Source of the DNA: Candidatus Altimarinota bacterium
GTDB lineage: Bacteria > Patescibacteriota > Gracilibacteria > 1-14-2-50-48-13
Length of the DNA: 64,000 nucleotides
NCBI GenBank assembly: GCA_046314355.1
Contig: JBKBWQ010000001.1
Location: 1-64,000 of the forward strand
Direction: 5' to 3'
Each line of letters opens with the position of its first letter. Position 1 is the first letter of the stretch. Below are positions 28,039 to 36,487 of this stretch, piece after piece. The notes beneath the pieces were generated by a model that did no database searches, was not told where the DNA came from, and saw only the letters and a list, made by a program, of their open reading frames with translations. Position numbers and translations under genes: made by a program.

Positions 28039-28464
28039 ATGGATATTGATAAAGTGATTGGGAGTATTCTCTCAATTCAAGACTATTATGATTTTGTACG
28101 TGCCGCTGTGAGATTTAGTAAGAAATACGATCAAACGACTTTCTATGAAGCTCTACTTGAAAATCAGAACCACTTTTATATCTTAGTAAATAAGATTAAT
28201 GAATATGGTTATGTAGAAAATGATATAAGAGCAATATTATACGTACCAAAAACAAAAGCTGAATTTTTACAGAATGTTGAAAAGCTTGGTTTTATTATAC
28301 CATCCAACATCTTGCAAAGGTTCAAGAGCTCTTCATGGACTGAGGATTATCAGAATAGAGTAATGAGAGCTCTTTGCTCTATACATACTATTTATGACAG
28401 AGATAGCAGTATTATTAAGTCTATTACAAATACCAATAAAGATTGTGAATGTTCAGAGGAATAA
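28039..28464 (+). CDS. Hypothetical protein (141 aa)
   Basis: ORF with strong SD and own terminator (28505-28529). Confidence 0.72.
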   Translation: MDIDKVIGSILSIQDYYDFVRAAVRFSKKYDQTTFYEALLENQNHFYILVNKINEYGYVENDIRAILYVPKTKAEFLQNVEKLGFIIPSNILQRFKSSSWTEDYQNRVMRALCSIHTIYDRDSSIIKSITNTNKDCECSEE

Positions 28465-28767
28465 ATAAAAAATTAAAAGACGTAATCTCCTCCTAATTAC
28501 TATGAAAGCTTACTGCGGTAAGCTTTTTTGTTCGTGAAATTTCCTAAGATATGCAAAATACTTTTTTCATTAAACTACTTCTATATCTTCTACTATCAAA
28601 TCTCTATTCAAAAAAGAGTCAAAAATAATTTAAAATGGCTCGTGCATGCTCTTTAGAAAAAGTTTTTACATGTTGATCCAAATATTTTCCATTTCTACGT
28701 ATCCCATTAGTAAGATTTCTGTTAGGATTCCCCAGACTAATATTTCCCCCTTTCAGCTCTCCTCTCC

Positions 28768-29319
28768 ATGTACAAGAACAATATTTTGCATACTGATTTA
28801 GAGGCGGAGGGAATATTCAATGAAGAGGCACTACAGGCTGCTCCTGGGATTTTGTCTACTATAAATAATTATCAAACTCGTTCACGAGAGATATTACTCA
28901 CAGTGGATGATAATACAGAGTTCCCTAATGAAATAAATGTTTCTGAGAATAATCCACAGGTGATACATATTATACCTTTGGCACCAACTGTTGCGCACAA
29001 GCACTCTGAATTTAAGCAGATGCTTATTAATAGAGGATGCATTGTAGAATATTCTTCACCGGCGCTTACTGAGGCTACGTATAAAGTTAATGATAGCACA
29101 TACTCCCTTGTAATGTTTTGTACGGATATTACACTTAAAGCAGATAAGCATTCTACTTTTGGAAAGCTTGAGATTATAATCAAAGAAGAAAATACAGGTG
29201 TAGTATCTTTCTACGATAATGAAATATTTGATCCAGACGTGAAGCTGCGTCAAAAGATAACTATTCATCCTGCACAAATGCATGAGATTTTTGAAAAGCT
29301 GAATAAGCTCTCAAAATAA
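28768..29319 (+). CDS. Hypothetical protein (183 aa)
   Basis: ORF only. Confidence 0.65.
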   Translation: MYKNNILHTDLEAEGIFNEEALQAAPGILSTINNYQTRSREILLTVDDNTEFPNEINVSENNPQVIHIIPLAPTVAHKHSEFKQMLINRGCIVEYSSPALTEATYKVNDSTYSLVMFCTDITLKADKHSTFGKLEIIIKEENTGVVSFYDNEIFDPDVKLRQKITIHPAQMHEIFEKLNKLSK

Positions 29320-29397
29320 ATTCTTTATAAAAACTGGTTCTATCTGAGGCTCATAAATCCTTTGCATTCTCGCTCTAAGTCTTATATAATCCTTGAA

Positions 29398-29502
29398 GCT
29401 TTTTCCTGACGTATCTGCTCAGGTTTCAAATGAGTGCTCAGCCGCGTTCGACGCGGTGCTGCGCAGTCACTTGCAACCTGCATAAATGCATAGGGGAAGA
29501 GT
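29398..29502 (+). promoter_or_regulatory. Long stem-loop pnp 5' leader (possible RNase III/PNPase autoregulatory element)
   Basis: ctttttcct...aggggaagag base, caggtt/aacctg and agtg/cact inner helices, ccgcgttcgacgcgg apical hairpin; just after TATAAT. Confidence 0.55.
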
Positions 29503-29524
29503 ATTTATACACTATATTTATTGC

Positions 29525-31684
29525 ATGAAAACAGCAAAAATATCCCGGGAATTTCTTGGGAGAACTCTTACTATAGAGACAGGACGATTCGCGAAGCTTG
29601 CTTCCGGAGCAGTTACTGTTACTTATGGTGAGACAATGATCCTCGTCACAGCGACGATGAGTAAGCGGACTCGTGATGGTATTGATTTCTTTCCATTGCT
29701 TGTAGATTATCAGGAGAAGTTTTACGCAACTGGTAAGATCAAAGGAAGCAGATTTATCAAGCGTGAAGGACGTCCTTCCGATAGTTCTATCCTTGCAGGA
29801 AGAATGATCGACCGACCTATGAGACCAATGTTTCCGCAGAATATGCGAAATGATTTCCAGATTGTGGTGACTGTCCTCTCTGCGGATATGCATGCAAACC
29901 CTGAGGATGTCTCTATTCTTGGAGCTTCCGCAGCGACACTTCTCACAGGAGTACCATTCCCTGGACCAATAGCATCTGTACGAGTAGGACTTGTAATGAA
30001 TGCTGAGGGTAAAGAAGAGCTTGTTGCAAATCCTGACTATGATCAGCTTGTGCAGGGTAAACTCGATCTTGTAGTCGCTGGAAGTGAAACTGCGATCACT
30101 ATGATCGAGGCTGCTTGTAAGGAAGTTGATACAGATACGATGATCCAGGCTCTTGAGCTTGCTCATACTCATATCAAGGAACTTTGTGCTCTTCAGAAGG
30201 AATTCCTCAGTCAGTGCGGTGAGATTACACCACTTGAGATTGTACTTCAGATGGAAGATAAGGATCTTGTAGCGGAAGTAGGTTCATTTGTTACAAATGA
30301 TATGGTACAGGCACTTTTCAATCTTGATAAAAAAGGATTTGAAAAAGCTGCTGCGCATTTAAGTGAAACTGCTACTGAGCATTTTAAAGATAAGATCGAA
30401 GATGCCTCTCTCACTACTTGGACAAAAGGATCTGTAGGAAGTGCAGTATGGGATAAAGTAACTGAGGTAATGAGAAAGAAGGTACTTGAGGAAGGTGTAC
30501 GTCTTGATGGCCGAGGACTTGAGGATATCCGTCCTGTAAGCACTGATGCTGGTATTATCCCGCGAACTCATGGATCTGGACTCTTCAACCGTGGAGAGAC
30601 TCAGGTACTCTCTCTTACAACCCTTGGATCTCCAGGTGAGGCACAGGTGATTGAAGAAATGGATGAGTCAGAGGAGAAGAGATATATGCATCATTATAAT
30701 TTCCCAGGATTCAGTGTCGGAGAAGTATCTCCAATGCGAAGTCCTGGTCGAAGAGAAATAGGACATGGAGATCTTGCAGAGCGGGCGCTTCTTCCAATGA
30801 TTCCTTCAAAGGAAGATTTCCCATACACTATCCGTGTAGTATCAGAGGTTCTTTCATGTAACGGATCTTCATCTATGGGATCTGTCTGTGGATCTACACT
30901 CTCTCTTATGGATGCAGGAGTTCCTCTTATCAGACCAGTGAGTGGTATCGCGATGGGACTGATCATGGATAAGGAGACTGGAAATTATAAAGTACTTAGC
31001 GATATTCAGGGACAGGAGGATCATCTTGGAGATATGGACTTCAAGGTAGCGGGAACTGAGCGGGGTATCACAGCTCTTCAGCTTGATATCAAAATCGAAG
31101 GACTTACTATGGATATTTTGAAAAAGGCGATAGAGCAGGGAAATAAAGGACGGGCATTCATTCTTTCAAAGATGATGGAAACTCTCAGTACTCCTCGAAC
31201 TGATCTTTCTAAATACGCTCCCCGTGTACTTTCTATGAAGATTGATACTTCAAGTATCGGAGAAGTTATCGGACCAGGCGGAAAGATGATCAGATCTATC
31301 ATTGAAGCTACAGGATGTAAGATTGATATCGATGACACAGGACTTGTAATGATCACTTCTACTGACTCCGAGCAGGCAAAGATCGCACAAAAATGGATTC
31401 ATAATATTACCTATAAGCCTCAGGTAGGGGATGAGTTTGACGCAAAGGTTACTCGTCTTATGAACTTTGGAGCATTTGTAGAGTATCTTCCAGGTAAAGA
31501 AGGTCTTGTACATATCTCTGAACTTGCACCTTTCCGAATCAATAGAGTGGAAGATGTAGTACAGGTAGGCGACGAGCTTAAAGTAAAAGTAAAAGAGATA
31601 GATGATTCAGGAAGAATCAATCTTACTCATAAGCCTTTTAGTACAATGGTGCCTCCAGCTGGAGCTGCGCCGAGAGCTGAATAG
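29525..31684 (+). CDS. pnp: Polyribonucleotide nucleotidyltransferase (PNPase)
   Basis: DFFPL.VDY.EK, RRE.GHG.LA.RAL, SNGSSSM-like [18 protein letters not shown] and S1 domains; start MKTAK. Confidence 0.98.
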   Translation: MKTAKISREFLGRTLTIETGRFAKLASGAVTVTYGETMILVTATMSKRTRDGIDFFPLLVDYQEKFYATGKIKGSRFIKREGRPSDSSILAGRMIDRPMRPMFPQNMRNDFQIVVTVLSADMHANPEDVSILGASAATLLTGVPFPGPIASVRVGLVMNAEGKEELVANPDYDQLVQGKLDLVVAGSETAITMIEAACKEVDTDTMIQALELAHTHIKELCALQKEFLSQCGEITPLEIVLQMEDKDLVAEVGSFVTNDMVQALFNLDKKGFEKAAAHLSETATEHFKDKIEDASLTTWTKGSVGSAVWDKVTEVMRKKVLEEGVRLDGRGLEDIRPVSTDAGIIPRTHGSGLFNRGETQVLSLTTLGSPGEAQVIEEMDESEEKRYMHHYNFPGFSVGEVSPMRSPGRREIGHGDLAERALLPMIPSKEDFPYTIRVVSEVLSCNGSSSMGSVCGSTLSLMDAGVPLIRPVSGIAMGLIMDKETGNYKVLSDIQGQEDHLGDMDFKVAGTERGITALQLDIKIEGLTMDILKKAIEQGNKGRAFILSKMMETLSTPRTDLSKYAPRVLSMKIDTSSIGEVIGPGGKMIRSIIEATGCKIDIDDTGLVMITSTDSEQAKIAQKWIHNITYKPQVGDEFDAKVTRLMNFGAFVEYLPGKEGLVHISELAPFRINRVEDVVQVGDELKVKVKEIDDSGRINLTHKPFSTMVPPAGAAPRAE

Positions 31685-31705
31685 TTAGATAAAGTAAAAA
31701 ACAAT

Positions 31706-31733
31706 AAAAAGTCCCACATAGATGGGGCTTTTT
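31706..31733 (+). terminator. Intrinsic terminator after pnp
   Basis: aaaaagtccca...tggggcttttt. Confidence 0.75.
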
Positions 31734-31804
31734 ATTATGTATGCGTATTGTTACGTTTATAAAAAATATGTTATAATGCTATGATATATTTTTAAAATAC
31801 TACT

Positions 31805-33076
31805 ATGGCAGTCGGAGGAATTGGATCGGTAAAAAACTATTTCAGCGATGATAAGAATAAAAAACTTACTCAGCAAGCTTCTGTTGAGAAAGGAAAAGAT
31901 ATCAAATCTCAGCCTGATTCTTTAAGCCTTAGTACTCACTATAAAAAGACATTGGGAGATGTGGTAAGATTTGATAAGTCCAATGGGAAGTCGGTTCAGC
32001 TGAATAATAATGAAGGGAATAATATTAAACACATGCTTGAGATTTTTGTGAAGGATCCTGAAGAAGTGATGCCGGGAGTGTATCCGGAAGTATTACTTCA
32101 TAAGCCAGAGAGTTTATACCGAAGTATTCAAGTACTTGGAAAAAGTTCTTTATTTAGTATGTCAGCCGATGAATTTGAAAGACAACGGGCAGCTGCCAAT
32201 ACTCCTGCATTAAAGGAACGTTTATGTAAAAAGCTTATAAAAAGCGTCACAGATTTTGATGCTTTTTCAAATACTCTCTGTAATGATATGAACTATACGC
32301 TTTATTCTAGATTATTTTCCAAGGATGCTAGCATAAAAGAAATGGATGCATTTAATATGGATTTAAAAGCAGAATTTGATAAGGAACGGGATTACAGAAT
32401 GATGGCATGGAAAGATGATATTCAGTATTCTTACGGACTACAGTCTCTTGCGGATAACAATGATGTGGAAAATCTCGCTGAACCAAATAAATTCCAGCAG
32501 GCAAATCTAGATACGCTTACCTATGATAAACTTGCTGAATATATTTTTCCTGCTTTGCTTGGGCACTTTTGTCCGGAAAAAGAGGTGCTGATCGGTACTG
32601 ATTACTGTGATAGTAAAGGAAATGATATCTATGCCTGGGATAAAACAACACCCACAAAAGTAACTGCTTATGACCTTACCACCGCTTCAGGAGAATTTTT
32701 GAATAAGAAAATTGAGAATAATCGTAAGTATGCTCATAAAAATAGAGAAGCTGCTGGAAATTTTCTTACTATCATGGAAGCAGCTGAAGGTCTTGATCCT
32801 GACAAAATTCAGATTGAAAAAAAGATTACTACCCTTGATGGACCTCTATGGAAGGAATTTATGTGGGGAGTGTTACAGCTTGTCTTAAAGAACCAGTTTT
32901 ATACGCCTGGAACAAATGTGCTTAATGAAGAAGCAGTGAATAATGCTTATAAAGCAGCAATGAAAGATGTAAAACAAATAAGCGGGGTACAAGTACCTCC
33001 GCTTAATCAATATTTAGATCAGACGCTCTCAGGATCTTTAAATCCTAGAGCTGAAAATCTGAGTTTTGCTTCTTGA
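31805..33076 (+). CDS. Hypothetical protein (423 aa)
   Basis: Long ORF; TG-n-TATAAT upstream; no family recognised. Confidence 0.75.
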   Translation: MAVGGIGSVKNYFSDDKNKKLTQQASVEKGKDIKSQPDSLSLSTHYKKTLGDVVRFDKSNGKSVQLNNNEGNNIKHMLEIFVKDPEEVMPGVYPEVLLHKPESLYRSIQVLGKSSLFSMSADEFERQRAAANTPALKERLCKKLIKSVTDFDAFSNTLCNDMNYTLYSRLFSKDASIKEMDAFNMDLKAEFDKERDYRMMAWKDDIQYSYGLQSLADNNDVENLAEPNKFQQANLDTLTYDKLAEYIFPALLGHFCPEKEVLIGTDYCDSKGNDIYAWDKTTPTKVTAYDLTTASGEFLNKKIENNRKYAHKNREAAGNFLTIMEAAEGLDPDKIQIEKKITTLDGPLWKEFMWGVLQLVLKNQFYTPGTNVLNEEAVNNAYKAAMKDVKQISGVQVPPLNQYLDQTLSGSLNPRAENLSFAS

Positions 33077-33297
33077 GGACTTAATGTCCTCTTTGTTTCA
33101 GACAACACGGTATCTCCGCCATGTCTTTCTCTTTTTGTAGAAGTTTGCACCTCTACTAATTTTCCATCTTTCCCTTTATAGAGTGAAAGAACTATCGTTC
33201 CAACTCTCTGTCCACGGAAAGCACTTCCTATACCGTCTACGTTGTCCTGCTCTGCGAGAGCTAGGTCATTGTCTACGATATATGTCTCCTGAGACAT
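33019..33297 (-). CDS. Hypothetical protein (92 aa)
   Basis: TTGACA-N16-TAGAAT promoter and AAGGAG SD on minus strand; 3' end overlaps the convergent gene. Confidence 0.6.
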   Translation of the reverse strand: MSQETYIVDNDLALAEQDNVDGIGSAFRGQRVGTIVLSLYKGKDGKLVEVQTSTKRERHGGDTVLSETKRTLSPQEAKLRFSALGFKDPESV

Positions 33298-33483
33298 ATT
33301 TTTTCTCCTTATTACATTTATACGGCTGTATTCTAGCTAATTTTTAAATATTGTCAATTTAAATAAATATTGTTTATTGTTAATTTTTTCATGAAAAGTA
33401 TAGATTTTCCTCTTTATTCTTTCTCTAGACATTAAAACGCTCTTCAGACTATAATTCTATATCTTTAGGATTACACTGAATAT

Positions 33484-34710
33484 ATGGAACCACTAGCTTT
33501 CCGGATGCGTCCGAAATCTCTCGATGACGTAATTGGGCAGAAACATTTGCTCGTAAAGGGCAATCTTCTTTACGATGCGGTATCGCAGGATAGGCTTTTT
33601 TCGTTTCTACTTTGGGGACCTCCGGGTACTGGAAAGACATCGCTAGCTTCTGCCATTGCGCATCAGACAAAGAGTAAATTTGTCCGTGTGAATGCAGTAT
33701 CTTCAGGAGTAAAAGATCTTCGTGAGATCGTGAAAGAAGCGCAGATGGAGATGACGACGCTGTTTCAGAAAAGAACGATTTTATTTATAGACGAGATACA
33801 CCGTTTCAATAAATCCCAGCAGGATTTTCTGCTGCCTTTTGTAGAGCATGGAGTCCTTACTCTCATTGGAGCGACGACAGAGAATCCTTCCTTTGAGGTA
33901 AATGCTGCCTTACTCTCACGAATGAGAGTGTTTGTACTGAAGGATCTTACTGAAGAGGCTTTAGTAGGGATATTGAAAAAAGCTTTAGAAAAGGATAGTG
34001 AAGCTAAGAAATATGCAGAAAAAATAACTGATGAAGACTTGGCATTTATTGCCAAGATTAGTTTTGGAGATGCGCGTTCTGCTTTGAATACTCTTGAACA
34101 ATTATTCCCGTATGCGGAGGAACTATCAGAGAGTAATAAAACAGGTATTGAGAGAGAAGAAGTCCTTGCTGAACTTCTAAAATCAAAGGTGCTCCGCTAT
34201 GATAAAAACGGAGAAGAACATTACAATATTATTTCTGCGCTTCATAAGAGTATGCGCGATAGCGATATAGATGCTTCGATTTATTGGGTAGTACGAATGA
34301 TGGAAGCTGGCGAGGATCCGAAGTACATCGTGAGAAGAATGATACGCTTTGCAACAGAGGATATTGGATTAGCTGATCCTCAAGCGCTGGTGCAGGCTAT
34401 TGCTGTGAAAGAAAATATTACTTTTGTTGGTATGCCGGAATCAGGTACCGCGCTTGTACAGCTCGCTGCATATTTAGCGAAAGCTCCAAAAAGTAATGCT
34501 TGTTATACAGCATACAGTAAGGCGAAGGAGATTATTGAAAGAACAGGACCGTTAGGAGTTCCATTACATATTCGAAATGGTTCTACAAAGTTGATGAAAA
34601 ATCTTGGCTATGGAAAAGGATATAAGTATGCTCATGATTTTAAAGAGGCAAAAGTTGAACAGGAGCATTTTCCTGAGGAGTTGAAGGGGACGAGGTTGTG
34701 GGAAGAGTAG
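33484..34710 (+). CDS. rarA: Replication-associated recombination protein A (RarA/MgsA AAA+ ATPase)
   Basis: PLAFRMRP, WGPPGTGKTS, DEIHRFNK.QQD, GATTENP, YD..G..HY..ISALHKS. Confidence 0.96.
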   Translation: MEPLAFRMRPKSLDDVIGQKHLLVKGNLLYDAVSQDRLFSFLLWGPPGTGKTSLASAIAHQTKSKFVRVNAVSSGVKDLREIVKEAQMEMTTLFQKRTILFIDEIHRFNKSQQDFLLPFVEHGVLTLIGATTENPSFEVNAALLSRMRVFVLKDLTEEALVGILKKALEKDSEAKKYAEKITDEDLAFIAKISFGDARSALNTLEQLFPYAEELSESNKTGIEREEVLAELLKSKVLRYDKNGEEHYNIISALHKSMRDSDIDASIYWVVRMMEAGEDPKYIVRRMIRFATEDIGLADPQALVQAIAVKENITFVGMPESGTALVQLAAYLAKAPKSNACYTAYSKAKEIIERTGPLGVPLHIRNGSTKLMKNLGYGKGYKYAHDFKEAKVEQEHFPEELKGTRLWEE

Positions 34711-34714
34711 AGAT

Positions 34715-35001
34715 TTTTCTTCACCTTGCCGGTGGGGCGTCACTTTTGTGACCAAAAGGGAACCAAAAGTCTTGGGAAAGGAGAAAAGCGTCTGGCAGAG
34801 GGGGTGTTTTCTAAAAGTAATCAGACGCTTCTCCTCCCCCAAACCCCCTGGGAAGGTGTGGTCTACACGTGGCTCATGGGCTGCACGGCTCTTTGAGCGA
34901 TGTACCTGCGGTACATGTCATAGGCTCAAGGGGGGGGAGAGTCTATGAGCTATCCCCCTGAGAAGGGGGATACAGGGGGTTTGAGCCCGAGAACTCTCAT
35001 C
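34715..35001. repeat. Mosaic palindromic intergenic repeat, copy 3
   Basis: Aligns with copies at 1-352 and 2671-3000. Confidence 0.9.
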
Positions 35002-35248
35002 GCTGCCCGCGTGATCCAGCGCACTATAGTATTGAAGTAACATATTCGATGTTAATTTTGATCCTTATTCTTCAGACTCTCAAATCAGAACTGCAGGTTC
35101 CGTACATATAAATTTCATGGATACTATTGCTCGAGTCTAAATTAGTTATTGAAAGTTATAAACCTAACAGTCTCTTTCATTCCTTCTCTTCACATTTTTC
35201 TCCCCTTCGTGTACTATATCTCTACGTTACCCTTTTCTTACCCGCTCT

Positions 35249-35974
35249 ATGAAACGCACTCAACTTCTCTCCGCACTTGGTATTCTCGCGATCGTACTTA
35301 TCGGTATTTTTACATCATGGAGCTTCTTCAAGGCTCAGGCAATGTGTAAGGAGAGCACCAATGAGGCATTATGTGTAAGTGATAAGGCAGTAGTAAATAA
35401 TGATGTGAAGATTTGTAATACGGCGAGTACTGACCTTGCAAAGGAAGGATGTGCTCTGAGAGCTGTACCTGCGCTGGCAAAGGATGAAGCTGTCTGTAAT
35501 AGTTTCACCTTTGAAAAGGGAAAGAATATTTGTCTTGAGTATGTAAAGAAAATTACTTTGGCAAAGAATAAGCAGACTCCGGCATCGTATCGATATTTTG
35601 ACTACGCCCAGAAGAAGGTAGTGGTTACTTTTGCTGATGGTTCTAAAAAGGAATTTGATACAAATATCGCAGATACTGATGATAAAAAAATCCAGGGACT
35701 TTCCTTTAGACAGAGTTTGAAAGATAATGAAGCTATGCTTTTTACCTATGAACAGCCTCGATTAGTGAGATATCATATGAAGGATATGCTCTTTTCTATA
35801 GATATTATCTATACGGATAAGGATGGAAAGGTACTGAATGCTTTCCGGTCACTTCCGTCATGTGTCGTATACACTGGCGAGTGTGCGGTCTATGGCAGCT
35901 CTAGCAGTGATGTAGTAAACGTACTTGAGATACTTCCGCAAGGAAAAGACGCGGTAAAGATAGAGATAAAATAA
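35249..35974 (+). CDS. Membrane-anchored DUF192 protein with Cys-rich N-terminal repeats
   Basis: IADT.....GLSFR......MLF.Y......MK.M.FSIDII; VLEI. Confidence 0.85.
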   Translation: MKRTQLLSALGILAIVLIGIFTSWSFFKAQAMCKESTNEALCVSDKAVVNNDVKICNTASTDLAKEGCALRAVPALAKDEAVCNSFTFEKGKNICLEYVKKITLAKNKQTPASYRYFDYAQKKVVVTFADGSKKEFDTNIADTDDKKIQGLSFRQSLKDNEAMLFTYEQPRLVRYHMKDMLFSIDIIYTDKDGKVLNAFRSLPSCVVYTGECAVYGSSSSDVVNVLEILPQGKDAVKIEIK

Positions 35975-36074
35975 TACAAATACTTTATTGATAGAAAAAG
36001 ACCAGCAATGGTCTTTTTCTATATTTTCTCTTGCCCTGAAAGTGCATCTCAAGTACCATACTAGTGTAATAAAA

Positions 36075-36349
36075 AGCGCCATACCGGCTATCACCCGGGA
36101 ATTCAAATTATTGATGCGCTGAAAGAAAAGCCATGAACCACTCGCACGCGCTCGGGTACATGGTAAGACCTTTCCGGAGTTTATGTCTCTCCGTGAACAA
36201 AAAAATTAAGTACAGCTCACTGGTGGTACCTCAGTGTACCATTCGCTATCGCTCAGGTACACTGCACGCATATAAGCTTGCTTGCAGTGTACCCGAACGA
36301 AGTGAGTGGTTCACTGCCAGAAGCAAAGATTTCAGATCTTTGTTTTTTT
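36075..36349 (+). promoter_or_regulatory. T-box riboswitch leader of ileS (AUC specifier, ultrashort stem I, REP insertions)
   Basis: ccgg-ctATCac-ccgg stem I; CTGG-TGGTACC T-box at 36220-36230; terminator caaagat-ttcag-atctttg-T7. Confidence 0.75.
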
Positions 36350-36351
36350 AT

Positions 36352-36433
36352 TGTCATTCTGAACTTGATTCAGAATCTAAAAATTCTGACTATCAATGTT
36401 CTTAGATTCCGGGTCAAGCCCGGAATGACATGC
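36352..36433. repeat. REP doublet (inverted pair) between T-box and ileS
   Basis: tgtcattctgaacttgattcagaatctaa ... ttagattccgggtcaagcccggaatgaca. Confidence 0.85.
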
Positions 36434-36487
36434 AGCTAGCAGTCTCATCGCGTTGACGCGACTTACTTACTCAATTACTTGAGCCAT

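Noticed and set aside
29486-29524. Upstream start for pnp (and the extended starts given for ileS, ppa, the SLH protein and pilins)
   Set aside because: Extensions lie in leader or intergenic sequence; downstream ATGs fit family N-termini better
22333-33311. 5'-3' closure in the other SD-led orphans (22851 and 33297, minus strand)
   Set aside because: Leaders are short and only about 6-bp AT-rich matches were found; not counted as cassettes
36133-36405. 90-aa ORF upstream of ileS
   Set aside because: Lies across the T-box and REP hairpins
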